Source: Pseudomonadota bacterium (GTDB taxonomy: Bacteria > Pseudomonadota > Alphaproteobacteria > Rhodobacterales > Rhodobacteraceae). From it: 49,905 nucleotides of DNA. Below, piece after piece: positions 30,516 to 40,379 of this stretch. Each line of letters opens with the position of its first letter. Positions within the stretch are counted from its first letter, which is position 1. The DNA lies in contig JBAXLX010000001.1 in the NCBI GenBank assembly GCA_037134595.1, positions 1-49,905 of the forward strand, in the 5' to 3' direction. The notes beneath the pieces are model-generated. The model was not told the DNA's origin and did no database searches. It saw only the letters and a list, made by a program, of their open reading frames with translations. The translations under genes were made by a program, and so were the position numbers.

Positions 30516-30535
30516 TGGGGCAGTCGTTGGGGCAG
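30516..30535 (+). repeat. Putative integrase arm-type sites, right (TGGGGCAG x2, 12-bp period)
   Basis: Copies at 30516 and 30528, same spacing and orientation as the left pair. Confidence 0.7.
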
Positions 30536-30542
30536 TTTGCCG

Positions 30543-31001
30543 TCAGAACAACAATTTATAGGTGTTTCCCAAACTATCCGTCACAGTTCCCGTGCCGCTT
30601 TCCGTGCCGGACCCTGTGATAAACTGCCCCTGCACCCGCGTGCCATCGCGGCAGACGGCGTAAATCTCACCGTTGTTCACACCGCCCACATCGGTGACCG
30701 ATTTGTTCAACTTTCCACCCGTGCTTTGCAGCGTCAGCGACAGGCCGCGTTCTTTTTCGATGACGCGGGGGGCGACAGAGGTCCAGGTGCCGTTGCAGCG
30801 GTTCTTTTTACCCGGGCCGGGCAGAACAAAGCTGATATCGGCCGAGGCTGTCGTTTGATTGCTGACCTTGACAGCGATGATTTGCGAAGGATTGCTTTGC
30901 TTGATCGGCCCGTCAATCGGGTAAAGGCGCAGGTTGACGCTGGGGCCGCCACAGGCGGTCAGCGTGGCCAAAAGGCCAGCAGCTAAAACATTGCGTTTCA
31001 C
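30543..31001 (-). CDS. Lipoprotein, copy B (inside the element)
   Basis: Same RBS, GTG and lipobox as copy A; differs by about five residues, all in the C-terminal third. Confidence 0.85.
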   Translation of the reverse strand: MKRNVLAAGLLATLTACGGPSVNLRLYPIDGPIKQSNPSQIIAVKVSNQTTASADISFVLPGPGKKNRCNGTWTSVAPRVIEKERGLSLTLQSTGGKLNKSVTDVGGVNNGEIYAVCRDGTRVQGQFITGSGTESGTGTVTDSLGNTYKLLF

Positions 31002-31075
31002 AGGTTCGGCCTCCTTGGCCACAGGTTGGGCCAAAGGCCAGCGCCTGACAGGTTTCGCGTGCATCTTAGGGCAGT

Positions 31076-31150
31076 TGGCTGGGGCGCTAGGATTCGAACC
31101 TAGGTATGTCGGTACCAAAAACCGATGCCTTACCGCTTGGCGACGCCCCA
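31076..31150 (-). tRNA. tRNA-Gln (anticodon TTG)
   Basis: TGGGGCGTCGCCAAGCGGTAAGGCATCGGT-TTTTGGT-ACCGACATACCTAGGTTCGAATCCTAGCGCCCCAGCCA; cloverleaf with encoded CCA. Confidence 0.97.
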
Positions 31151-31260
31151 ACTGCGGCGGTGTTTAGCGAAGCGCTTGCGGGCCTGCAAGAGGGTTCTGG
31201 CGGAAAATGTCATAAAGCATCGGGCGTTGATTGCGCGGGCTTTGCGGTCTAAGGGGGGCT

Positions 31261-32460
31261 ATGGAACAGGTGGATGTGGTAATTTTAGGCGCCGGGGCTG
31301 CCGGCATGATGGCCGCGATCGAGGCGGGCCGGCGCGGGCGGCGGGTTTTGGTGATCGATCACGCGCGTCAAGCGGGGGAAAAGATCCGAATCTCGGGCGG
31401 GGGGCGGTGCAATTTCACCAATCTGGGCTTGGGGGTTGAGCGGTTTATCTCGAAAAACCCGCGCTTTGCTTTGTCGGCGCTCAAACGCTTTACCGCGCTG
31501 GATTTTGTGGCGCGCGTTGATGCGGCGGGGATCGCGTGGCATGAAAAGGCGCTGGGGCAGTTGTTTTGTGACGGGTCTGCCAAAGAGATCGTCGCCATGC
31601 TTTTGGCCGATATGGGCCGTGCCAAGGTGGCTTTGTGGTTGACCTGCACGCTGGGCGAGGTGCGCCAAGCCGCCAAGGGCTTTGTGGTTGAGACAGAGCG
31701 CGGTCCGGTGCAGGCGGCCTCGGTGATCGTGGCGACGGGGGGCAAGTCGATCCCGAAGATGGGGGCGACGGGGTTTGGCTATAAGGTGGCCGAATCCTTT
31801 GGCTTGCCCTTGGTTGAAACCCGTCCGGCGCTGGTGCCTTTGACCTTTGCCGAGCAGGAACTGGCGTGGATGGCGCCTTTGACGGGGGTTTCGTTGAACG
31901 TTCAGGCCCGCGCCCATGCGGCGGGCAAGCCCATAGGGCCGGGCTTTGCAGAAGCCGCCTTGTTCACCCACCGCGGCCTGTCGGGGCCTGCGGTCTTGCA
32001 GGTCTCCAGCTATTGGCGCGAGGGGCAGGGGCTGCGGCTGGCGCTGTGCCCTGATCTGGATGTCGCCACGGCCCTGCGCGGTGCCAAAGCCGCCAACGGC
32101 CGCCAAAGCCTGCGCACAGCCCTTGGTGCCCTTGTGCCAGAGCGTTTGGCACGGGTTCTGGCGGGGCAATTGGGCCATGACGAAAGCCCGATGGCGACCC
32201 TGTCGGGGGCCGAGATCGAACGCATCGCCCGCCATCTGCAAGACTGGGCGCTGACCCCGGTGGGTTCAGAAGGCTACCGCACCGCCGAGGTGACTTTGGG
32301 CGGGGTAGATACCGACGCATTGGATGCCCGCACGATGCAGGCCAAGGCGGTGCCGGGCTTGTATTTCGTGGGCGAAGTGGTCGATGTCACCGGCTGGCTG
32401 GGCGGGTACAACTTCCAATGGGCTTGGGCGTCAGGCTGGGCTGCGGGGCAGGTGGCTTAG
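31261..32460 (+). CDS. NAD(P)/FAD-dependent oxidoreductase, HI0933/BaiN/YhiN family
   Basis: GAGAAG, KIRISGGGRCNFTN, ATGGKSIP, FTHRGLSGP, GGYNFQWAW. Confidence 0.93.
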   Translation: MEQVDVVILGAGAAGMMAAIEAGRRGRRVLVIDHARQAGEKIRISGGGRCNFTNLGLGVERFISKNPRFALSALKRFTALDFVARVDAAGIAWHEKALGQLFCDGSAKEIVAMLLADMGRAKVALWLTCTLGEVRQAAKGFVVETERGPVQAASVIVATGGKSIPKMGATGFGYKVAESFGLPLVETRPALVPLTFAEQELAWMAPLTGVSLNVQARAHAAGKPIGPGFAEAALFTHRGLSGPAVLQVSSYWREGQGLRLALCPDLDVATALRGAKAANGRQSLRTALGALVPERLARVLAGQLGHDESPMATLSGAEIERIARHLQDWALTPVGSEGYRTAEVTLGGVDTDALDARTMQAKAVPGLYFVGEVVDVTGWLGGYNFQWAWASGWAAGQVA

Positions 32461-33287
32461 GGGCGCAGCGGATTGGCTTTGGCCAGACGGTCAAAGTCCA
32501 TCAGGCTGGACACCAGCGCTTGCATGTTGTTGAGCGCGATCATATTCGGCCCGTCAGAGGGCGAATTGTCAGGGTCTTCATGCGTTTCGATGAACACCCC
32601 CGCAATGCCCAAAGCCACGGCACAGCGCGCCATGACGGGGGCAAATTCGCGCTGCCCGCCCGAGGAATTGCCTTGCCCGCCGGGTTGTTGCACCGAATGG
32701 GTGGCGTCCATCACCACCGGGTAGCCCGTGCGCGCCAAAATCGGCAGGCTGCGCATATCGGCCACCAGTGTGTTATAGCCAAAGCTCGCGCCGCGTTCGG
32801 TCAGCATAATCTTGTCATTGCCGGTCGAGGCGACCTTGGCCGCCACATTTGCCATATCCCACGGGGCCAAAAACTGCCCCTTTTTGATATTCACCACCGC
32901 CCCCGTTTCGCCCGCTGCCAGCAGCAGGTCGGTCTGGCGGCAGAGGAACGCGGGGATCTGGATCACATCGACCACGCGCGCCGCCTCTTGCGCTTGGCCA
33001 ATGTCATGCACATCGGTCAGCACGGGAATGCCCATGGCGCGCACTTCGGCCAGCACTTGCAAGCCGGCCGCAATCCCCAAACCGCGCCGCCCGCTTAGGC
33101 TGGTGCGGTTGGCTTTGTCATAGCTCGCTTTAAAGACATATTGCGCGCCAGCGGCGGCGCAGACCTCGGCCATATGGCCTGCGATCATTTGCGCATGGGT
33201 CAGGCTTTCCAACTGGCAGGGGCCTGCGATGACCAGAAGCGGTCGGTCGTTCGAGACGGTCAGGCCGCCGATTTTTACGTCTTTCAT
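32457..33287 (-). CDS. kdsA: KDO-8-phosphate synthase
   Basis: AGPCQLES, KASYDKANRTS, QIPAFLCRQTD, KKGQF, DATHSVQ. Confidence 0.97.
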   Translation of the reverse strand: MKDVKIGGLTVSNDRPLLVIAGPCQLESLTHAQMIAGHMAEVCAAAGAQYVFKASYDKANRTSLSGRRGLGIAAGLQVLAEVRAMGIPVLTDVHDIGQAQEAARVVDVIQIPAFLCRQTDLLLAAGETGAVVNIKKGQFLAPWDMANVAAKVASTGNDKIMLTERGASFGYNTLVADMRSLPILARTGYPVVMDATHSVQQPGGQGNSSGGQREFAPVMARCAVALGIAGVFIETHEDPDNSPSDGPNMIALNNMQALVSSLMDFDRLAKANPLRP

Positions 33288-33529
33288 CGCAGGTCCTCTT
33301 TGCCAGCACAGTCTTGCCGCAAGGCTGTAGCATCAAAGACTGCGCGCCGCAAAGATCAACCCATCGAGTCAACATCGTATCGACGCGGGCCCCCAATGCC
33401 CTTGCATGCCTGACCCCGTGGGCTAGTTGGCAGGGGATCAAACCTGCGGAGCCGCAGGATTGCAGGGGATTGGCCTTGATGCGGCGGCTTTGGCGCTTTA
33501 GCGCTGGCAGTGTGAACTTGGGGGATGCG

Positions 33530-34312
33530 ATGACGCCACTGGATCAGGCCCATGCGGCGATGGAAGCGGGCGGCGAGCCCGAGGCCTTGGCCTTTTGGCG
33601 CGCCTTTGCCGATGCGGAATTGTATTTGGTGTTAGAGCAAGAGGCGCAGGGTGACAGTCTGGAACCGCGGGTGTTTGACCTGTCGATGGGGCGGATGCTT
33701 TTGGCCTTTGATAGCGAAGAGCGCTTGGCCACGATTTCTGACCAGCCCATGCCCTATGCCGCCTTGCCCGGACGGGTGGTGGCCGCGCAATTGGCGGGGC
33801 AGGGGCTGGCCTTGGGGTTAAACCTTGGCACCGGCGCGGGATGCGAGACAGTGCTGGCGGCAGGGTCTATCGACTGGCTGGCACAGATGTTGACCCAAGA
33901 CGCCCCGCAAGAGCATAGCGCCCAGATTGCCCGACTGGCCGCGCCGCTCTTGCCAGAGGCGCTGCATCAGGCCTTGCGCGCCTTGCTGCCGGTACAGGCG
34001 CAAGGCGCTTTGGCACAGGTGGAATATCAAGATGGCGGATGGGGCCATGTTATGGCTTTAAGCGGGCTGACACCCGAAGACGCGCCGCGCATGGGGCGGG
34101 CAGTGACGGAGGCTTTGGCTTTCTCTGGCCTTGATGCGGCCGCTTTGGATCTGGTGTTTACCGAAGCAGAGGCCCCGTTGTTTGCGCGCATCGCGCAGGC
34201 AGGGCAGATTTTGCAGCCCTTGACGCGGGTGGCACCGCCGGAACCTGCGGCCGCACCGAAGGGGCCGGGAACTGATCCAGCGCGCCCGCCGATTTTGAAA
34301 CAGATGGGGTAA
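33530..34312 (+). CDS. SseB family protein
   Basis: MTPLDQAH, LAFDSEERLA, LPGRV, LGLNLG, AVTEALAFSG and C-terminal DPARPPILK. Confidence 0.8.
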   Translation: MTPLDQAHAAMEAGGEPEALAFWRAFADAELYLVLEQEAQGDSLEPRVFDLSMGRMLLAFDSEERLATISDQPMPYAALPGRVVAAQLAGQGLALGLNLGTGAGCETVLAAGSIDWLAQMLTQDAPQEHSAQIARLAAPLLPEALHQALRALLPVQAQGALAQVEYQDGGWGHVMALSGLTPEDAPRMGRAVTEALAFSGLDAAALDLVFTEAEAPLFARIAQAGQILQPLTRVAPPEPAAAPKGPGTDPARPPILKQMG

Positions 34313-34451
34313 AATAATACCGTATATTATAAGTCTCTGTTTTAAAACGCTTTAAACTTTCTTCAGCCCCTTGACCCGCTGCAGGCCTTGGGCGATAAGC
34401 CCCCATCTTCGACCATGGCGAGCTGTTCGCCCTTTCACACTGGGTTCTGAT

Positions 34452-34916
34452 ATGAAAACCTTCACCGCAACGCCTGCGGATATCGTGAAAAAGTGGGTCC
34501 TGATCGACGCTGAAGGCGTTGTTCTGGGCCGCCTTGCCACGCTGGCCGCCTCGATCCTGCGCGGCAAGACCAAGCCGACCTTTACGCCCCATATGGACAT
34601 GGGGGATAATGTCATCATCATCAATGCTGACAAAATCCAGATGACCGGGACCAAGCGCAAAGACAAAACCTATTACTGGCACACCGGCCACCCGGGCGGC
34701 ATCAAGATGCGCACGGCAGAACAAATCCTCGCTGGCGCGCATCCTGAGCGCGTCGTGGAAAAAGCGGTCGAGCGGATGATCTCGCGCAACCGTCTGGGTC
34801 GTGTGCAAATGACCAACCTGCGCGTCTATGCCGGCGCTGCCCACCCGCATGAAGCCCAGCAACCCGAGGTCATCGATATCAAAGCGATGAACCCCAAGAA
34901 CACCCGGAGCGCTTGA
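34452..34916 (+). CDS. rplM: 50S ribosomal protein L13
   Basis: [37 protein letters not shown]. Confidence 0.98.
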   Translation: MKTFTATPADIVKKWVLIDAEGVVLGRLATLAASILRGKTKPTFTPHMDMGDNVIIINADKIQMTGTKRKDKTYYWHTGHPGGIKMRTAEQILAGAHPERVVEKAVERMISRNRLGRVQMTNLRVYAGAAHPHEAQQPEVIDIKAMNPKNTRSA

Positions 34917-34918
34917 TC

Positions 34919-35404
34919 ATGTCGGATATCAAATCCCTTGACGATCTGAAATCGGCCGTGGGCGCTGCGGCCCCGGTGCAGACCTTGGCCCCCGTGCGGG
35001 TTGCGGTGCGCGACAAACTGGGCCGCGCCTATGCCACGGGCAAGCGCAAGAACGCCGTTGCGCGCGTCTGGATCAAGCCGGGCACCGGCAAGGTCGTGGT
35101 GAACGGCAAGACCATGGCAGAATACTTCGCCCGCCCCGTGCTGCAGATGATCCTGCGCCAGCCCTTCACCATCGCTGGCCGTGAAGACCAGTTCGACGTG
35201 ATGGCCACGGTCGCCGGCGGCGGCCTGTCGGGCCAAGCTGGCGCTGTGAAGCACGGCGTGTCCAAAGCGCTGCAACTTTACGAACCCGCCCTGCGCGGTG
35301 CCTTGAAAGCCGCAGGCTTCCTGACCCGCGACAGCCGCGTGGTGGAACGTAAGAAATACGGTAAGGCCAAGGCGCGTAAGAGCTTCCAGTTCTCTAAGCG
35401 TTAA
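34919..35404 (+). CDS. rpsI: 30S ribosomal protein S9
   Basis: [39 protein letters not shown]. Confidence 0.98.
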   Translation: MSDIKSLDDLKSAVGAAAPVQTLAPVRVAVRDKLGRAYATGKRKNAVARVWIKPGTGKVVVNGKTMAEYFARPVLQMILRQPFTIAGREDQFDVMATVAGGGLSGQAGAVKHGVSKALQLYEPALRGALKAAGFLTRDSRVVERKKYGKAKARKSFQFSKR

Positions 35405-35427
35405 CTGGTATCGGCCCAGTCCAACCC

Positions 35428-35460
35428 AAAAGCCTCGCAGCGATGCGGGGCTTTTTCTTT
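35428..35460 (+). terminator. Intrinsic terminator after rpsI
   Basis: AAAAGCCTCGCA-GCGA-TGCGGGGCTTTTTCTTT. Confidence 0.85.
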
Positions 35461-35591
35461 AGACGCATTGGGTCGAAACCAAGGGAATTTTGGCGGCCCA
35501 TTGCGCGAGCCCCCGCCATCAAAGGGCTTGTCATACCGCCCCCAAGGTGGTTGATCTTAGGCCAAAGCCCACCAAGCCGATAGGGTGCCCG

Positions 35592-36530
35592 ATGTCTGAA
35601 CCGCTTAAGCCCCCAAGGTTTTGGGGATCGCAGGCCGCCTCTGGCTTGGCCTTGATCAGCCCGACGGCCCTTTATGCCATTTTGCTGCTGGCAGCGCCTT
35701 TGGCGGCGACGCTGGTCTATTCGGTGATGACCGATGGCTATCTGACCATCATACCCCGTTTCCAGTTGTGCAACTACTTCGGCGAGTGCCATGCGCAACT
35801 GGCCGATGGCACGATGGCGCCCGAAGCTTATCTGGGCGCGTGGAGCGATCCGATCGTGCGCACCTTGATGGCGCGGTCGTTGTTGGTGTCGGTTCTGGTG
35901 ACGGCGGCGACGGTGTTTTTGGCCTATCCTGTCGCCTATTTTGTCAGCTTCAATGTCGAAGCCTCGCGCAAATCGCTGTGGTTGTTCATGATCACCATCC
36001 CGTTTTGGACCTCTTACGTGATCCGCGTCTTTATGTGGAACGTGATGATCAGCCGCACCGGAGTGATCAACTCGGTCCTGCAGGGGCTGCATATCATCAC
36101 CGACCCGTTGCAGATGAGCTTTACCCTTCAGGCGATGGTCATCACCCTCGCCCATGCCTATGCGCCCTTTGCGATTTTGCCGATCTATGTGGCCTTGGAA
36201 AAGATCGACCGCTCGCTGCTGGAAGCCGGTCAAGACCTGGGCGAGACACGGTTTGCAACCTTCTTGCGCGTCACCTTGCCTTTGTCGATGACCGGCGTGA
36301 TTGCAGCGGTGTTGATCGTCTTTATCCCGACCATTGGCGATTACGTCACGCCCAACCTGATCGGAGGTGGTAAAATTCCAATGATTGCCAATATGATCGA
36401 AAAGCAAATGCTCAAAGCCGACAACCGCGCGCTGGGGTCGGCAATCGCTGTCTCTGCCATGTTGGTTGTGGGCTTGGTGTCGGTGATTTTCCTTGCCTTG
36501 AACCGCCGCTATCTGAAGGGGCCGAAATGA
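35592..36530 (+). CDS. ABC transporter permease, PotB-like
   Basis: LAYPVAY, IPFWTSYVIR, EAA loop SLLEAGQDLG. Confidence 0.9.
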   Translation: MSEPLKPPRFWGSQAASGLALISPTALYAILLLAAPLAATLVYSVMTDGYLTIIPRFQLCNYFGECHAQLADGTMAPEAYLGAWSDPIVRTLMARSLLVSVLVTAATVFLAYPVAYFVSFNVEASRKSLWLFMITIPFWTSYVIRVFMWNVMISRTGVINSVLQGLHIITDPLQMSFTLQAMVITLAHAYAPFAILPIYVALEKIDRSLLEAGQDLGETRFATFLRVTLPLSMTGVIAAVLIVFIPTIGDYVTPNLIGGGKIPMIANMIEKQMLKADNRALGSAIAVSAMLVVGLVSVIFLALNRRYLKGPK

Positions 36531-37333
36531 AAATTCCCGTCTTGCGGATTTACACGGTGGGGTATCTTCTGTTCTTATACTGCCCCATTGTCATTTTGCC
36601 GATCTTCGCCTTTAACAACTCCACCGCCGTGGCCTTTCCGTTGCAGGGGTTCACGACCGAGTGGTTTTCGAATGTCTTTCACGATGCGGTTCTGGGCCAT
36701 GCGCTGAAAAATTCGCTGCTTGTGGCCGCGTCAACGGCGGTTTTGGCGACGGTTTTGGGCACGCTCGCCGCCCGCGGCAACACGCGCTACCAGTTCAAAG
36801 CGGCAGGCCCCCTTATGGCGCTGATCATGCTGCCGATGGTGCTGCCCGAAATCATCATGGCGATGGCGCTGCTGGTGGTGCTGCTGTCGGTGGGCATTCC
36901 GCTGTCGCTGTTCACCATTGTGCTGGGCCATGTGCTGGTGTGCACCCCCTTTGCGGTGGCTATCTTGACCTCGGCCTTTCAATCCTTGGATAAATCGCTT
37001 GAGGAAGCGGCCTATGATCTGGGCGAGGGGCCGGTTTCGACCTTTCGTCTGATCATCCTGCCCTTGGTCATGCCCGGCATCATCTCGGCCATGCTGATCT
37101 GTTTTACGATTTCGCTGGATGAGTTTATCGTCGCGAATTTTCTGGGCTCGGGCGAACCCCTACTCTCCACCTTCATCTACGGGCAATTGCGTTTTCCCAA
37201 AAACGTGCCCAATATCATGGCCTTGGGCACCCTTCTTGTGGGGGTGTCGATCACCCTTCTGGCCTTGGCAGAGTTTTTCCGCCGGCGCGGGCTTGCGCGC
37301 ACCGGTGCCAAAGATAGCGGAGGATTCCTGTGA
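36527..37333 (+). CDS. ABC transporter permease, PotC-like
   Basis: GFTTEWF, SLEEAAYDLG, FTISLDEF. Confidence 0.9.
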   Translation: MKIPVLRIYTVGYLLFLYCPIVILPIFAFNNSTAVAFPLQGFTTEWFSNVFHDAVLGHALKNSLLVAASTAVLATVLGTLAARGNTRYQFKAAGPLMALIMLPMVLPEIIMAMALLVVLLSVGIPLSLFTIVLGHVLVCTPFAVAILTSAFQSLDKSLEEAAYDLGEGPVSTFRLIILPLVMPGIISAMLICFTISLDEFIVANFLGSGEPLLSTFIYGQLRFPKNVPNIMALGTLLVGVSITLLALAEFFRRRGLARTGAKDSGGFL

Positions 37334-38430
37334 CATCCGGCAAACCCACGATGATCGAATTCCAAGATGTGCACAAATATTACGGCGATTACCACGCTTT
37401 GCGCGGCATTTCTGCCACGATCAAGGCGGGTGAATTCTTTTCCCTGCTCGGCCCCTCTGGCTGCGGCAAGACCACGTTGTTGCGCACGATTGCGGGGTTT
37501 GAAGGCATCTCTTCGGGCGTGGTGCTGATTGACGGCAAAGATGTGGCCGGCGTGCCGCCCAACAAGCGCCCGACCAATATGGTGTTTCAAAGCTACGCCA
37601 TCTTCCCGCATCTGAGTGTGGCGCAGAACGTCGGTTTTGGTCTGCGCAAAGACCCGCGCTCTGCCGCCGACAAAGCCCGCGCCGTGGACGAGGCTTTGGC
37701 CATGGTGGGCCTGTCTGGCTACGGCGCGCGCGCCGCCCATGCCCTTTCGGGTGGCCAGCGTCAGCGCGTGGCTTTGGCCCGTGCGCTGATCTTGAAGCCC
37801 AAGGTCTTGCTGCTGGATGAACCACTCTCGGCTTTGGACAAAAAGCTGCGAGAGAATATGCAGGTGGAGCTGATCAAACTGCAACGGCAGGTCGGCATCA
37901 CCTTTATTCTCGTCACCCATGACCAAGAAGAAGCGCTGGTCATGTCTGACCGCATCGCCGTGATGTTCGAAGGCCAGATCGCCCAGCTTGACAGCCCAGA
38001 ACGGCTCTACCGCCTGCCCAAAACCCGCGCTGTGGCCAATTTCATCGGGACGATGAATTTCCTGTCCGCCCAAATCCTGTCCGAAGCCGGTGGCAAGGTC
38101 GAAGTTGAAGCCCAAGGCTTCGGCCGCCTGCAGCTCGATGCCGAAAAGCAGGTGACGGGCACCCCCAGCACCAATGGCGCGACCATCGGCTTTCGCCCCG
38201 AAACCGCCACGCTGTTGTTCGAAGGCCAACAAGCCAGCGACCGCGAAACCATGGCCACTGTCGAAGAGGTCGTCTATTACGGCGACATGACCTATTACGA
38301 CGTTCTGCTAGACGGCACCACCGCCCCCGTCCGCCTGTCGATGCGCAACGTCTTTGGTCGCCCCGTTCTTGACATCGGCACCCGCACCCGCGTCGGGTGG
38401 AGCCCGGGCGCGCTGGTTCTGTTTCGCTAA
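37330..38430 (+). CDS. ABC transporter ATP-binding protein, PotA-like
   Basis: GPSGCGKTT, VPPNKRPTNMVFQSYA, LSGGQRQR, VTHDQEEAL, TOBE-like tail. Confidence 0.92.
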   Translation: MTSGKPTMIEFQDVHKYYGDYHALRGISATIKAGEFFSLLGPSGCGKTTLLRTIAGFEGISSGVVLIDGKDVAGVPPNKRPTNMVFQSYAIFPHLSVAQNVGFGLRKDPRSAADKARAVDEALAMVGLSGYGARAAHALSGGQRQRVALARALILKPKVLLLDEPLSALDKKLRENMQVELIKLQRQVGITFILVTHDQEEALVMSDRIAVMFEGQIAQLDSPERLYRLPKTRAVANFIGTMNFLSAQILSEAGGKVEVEAQGFGRLQLDAEKQVTGTPSTNGATIGFRPETATLLFEGQQASDRETMATVEEVVYYGDMTYYDVLLDGTTAPVRLSMRNVFGRPVLDIGTRTRVGWSPGALVLFR

Positions 38431-38432
38431 AA

Positions 38433-38499
38433 CCCGCTCTCCTTCACCGAGGCTTAAATACTCCACGGGGGGTCTTGGGGGGTGTGAAACCCCCCAGCC
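38433..38499 (+). repeat. Short interspersed intergenic repeat, copy 1
   Basis: ccttcaccgaggcttaaatactccacggggggtcttggggggtgtgaaacccccc; near-identical inverted copy at 41281..41344. Confidence 0.85.
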
Positions 38500-38521
38500 G
38501 GGGCCGCCGCGCGCCCTTGGC

Positions 38522-39391
38522 CTATAGCCCGCACAAGGCTGGACCGCCGCAAATCCGTGTGTCAATCGTGCCGATGATCTTGGGGTCTTTGCCCGGATAG
38601 TCCATCGCCATGAGCACGGTTTGCATCGCAGCGATGCGGGCGCGCAGTTTGTCGTCTGACAAAATCACCGTCCAAGGCGCATAGGCGAAATGCGATTTGG
38701 CCAGAGTATGGGCGATGGCCGTGGAATAGTCTTTCCACTTTGAGAGCCCGTCGATGTCGATCTGGCTAAGCTTCCACTGTTTCATCGGGTCTTTCTCGCG
38801 GTCGAGGAACCGCTTCAGCTGTTCGGCGCGGTCGACCTCTAGCCACAGCTTGATCAGCACAATCCCCTCATCGGCAATCATGCGTTCAAATTCCGGCAGT
38901 TGGCGCAAGAACTTCGCGCGCTCTTCCTCGGTGCAAAAGCCAAAAACCGACTCCACAATGGCGCGGTTGTACCAACTGCGATCATATAGGGCGATCTCGC
39001 CTTTGGCGGGCAATTGGTCGATATAGCGCTGGAAATACCATTGCGCGGCTTCGCGCTCACTCGGTTTGGCCAGCGCCACGATCTTGGCCACGCGCGGGTT
39101 CAGGTTCAACCGCATCACTTCGATCGTGCCGCCCTTGCCGGCCGCATCACGCCCTTCAAACACCACGACCAGCCGCTTGCCCTTGGCCTTTAGATCATAA
39201 TGCATCCGCACCATCTGCAATTGCAGCCCCTCCATCAGCGCCTCGTAGTCTTTGCGCTTGATCTCTTCGCGGTAGGGATAGGCTTTGGACAGGATCTGGT
39301 CTTTGCCCGCCTCTTCAATAGCGCGGCGCACCTCTTTGGGGGCTTCGGTTTTCAGATAGCGGGTGATGGCGCCGTCAAAGGGCAAGTCCAT
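38522..39391 (-). CDS. ppk2: Polyphosphate kinase 2
   Basis: [31 protein letters not shown]. Confidence 0.95.
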   Translation of the reverse strand: MDLPFDGAITRYLKTEAPKEVRRAIEEAGKDQILSKAYPYREEIKRKDYEALMEGLQLQMVRMHYDLKAKGKRLVVVFEGRDAAGKGGTIEVMRLNLNPRVAKIVALAKPSEREAAQWYFQRYIDQLPAKGEIALYDRSWYNRAIVESVFGFCTEEERAKFLRQLPEFERMIADEGIVLIKLWLEVDRAEQLKRFLDREKDPMKQWKLSQIDIDGLSKWKDYSTAIAHTLAKSHFAYAPWTVILSDDKLRARIAAMQTVLMAMDYPGKDPKIIGTIDTRICGGPALCGL

Positions 39392-39440
39392 GCTTGGGTT
39401 CGCCTGTGTTGGGCCGCCCTGTCAGGCTGGCCGAGGGGCT

Positions 39441-40361
39441 TTATGTGCCGATCTTGGCCAGATCGAACCACGTGGTCTGGTACAGCTCGTTCACCCAATT
39501 GCCGTACAAAAGATGGGCATGGCTGCGCCAGCGGTTGCGCGGGGTTTGGGTGGGGTCGTCGTTGGGATAGTAATTTGCGGGCACGTTGATCGGCGTGCCG
39601 TTCGCTACATCGCGGTCATATTCTTGTTTGAGCGTTTCGTTGTCATATTCGAAGTGGTTGAAGATATACAGGGCGCGGTGGGCGGCATCTTCGACCAGGC
39701 AGGGGCCCGTGTCAGCACTTCCCAAGAGGGTGCGCAGACCAGCCGCGTCAATCTCGTCTTGGCGCTCTTCTGTCCAGCGTGACACGGGGATCACCAGATC
39801 ATCGCTGAACCCGCGCAGATAGGGCGAGGTCGGGGCCAAGTTTTGCTGCGTAAAACAGCCGAACGCCTTGGCGGACAACATATGCTTTTGGATGCCGTGG
39901 AAATGGTACAACATCGCCATCGCCCCCCAGCACACGCCAAAGGTAGAATGAACATGGCTTTGGGTCCAATCCATCACGCGGGTCAACTCATCCCAATAGG
40001 TGACGTCTTCAAAGGGCAGATGTTCAATCGGCGCACCGGTGATGATCAGCCCGTCAAACTTTTCACCACTCGCCTCGACCTCGGCAAAGGGGCGGTAGAA
40101 GGTTTCCATATGTGCGGCGGCGGTATTTTTGGTTTGATGCTCGCTCATCCGGATCAGGTGGAAGTCGATCTGCAACGGCGTGGCCCCGATCAACCGCGCA
40201 AACTGCGTTTCGGTTTGGATCTTTTTGGGCATCAGGTTCAGCAAACCAATCCTGAGCGGCCTGATGTCTTGGGCGGCGGCACGGTCGGGCGACATGACCA
40301 TAACCCCTTCGGCACGCAAAACGTCAAAGGCGGGCAGAGTTTGGGGGAGCGTGATGGGCAT
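39441..40361 (-). CDS. metA: Homoserine O-acyltransferase MetA, probably acetyl-CoA specific
   Basis: [25 protein letters not shown]; TGAPIE has Glu at the specificity position (Gly in succinyltransferases). Confidence 0.95.
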   Translation of the reverse strand: MPITLPQTLPAFDVLRAEGVMVMSPDRAAAQDIRPLRIGLLNLMPKKIQTETQFARLIGATPLQIDFHLIRMSEHQTKNTAAAHMETFYRPFAEVEASGEKFDGLIITGAPIEHLPFEDVTYWDELTRVMDWTQSHVHSTFGVCWGAMAMLYHFHGIQKHMLSAKAFGCFTQQNLAPTSPYLRGFSDDLVIPVSRWTEERQDEIDAAGLRTLLGSADTGPCLVEDAAHRALYIFNHFEYDNETLKQEYDRDVANGTPINVPANYYPNDDPTQTPRNRWRSHAHLLYGNWVNELYQTTWFDLAKIGT

Positions 40362-40379
40362 GGCGAACCTATGGGGTTT

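Larger units (their letters stand above)
23501..31093. mobile_element. Integrative element (7,575-bp unit) at tRNA-Gln(UUG)
   Basis: Bounded by a tRNA 3'-end duplication; carries a tyrosine integrase; atypical codon usage; paired arm-like repeats near both ends. Confidence 0.92.

Noticed and set aside
23501-31093. Prophage or PICI
   Set aside because: No capsid, terminase, portal, tail, AlpA, repressor or primase-helicase gene recognised.
31002-31151. N-terminal extension of the 202-aa ORF 30543..31151
   Set aside because: Overlaps the tRNA; RBS and lipobox point to GTG 31001, matching copy A.
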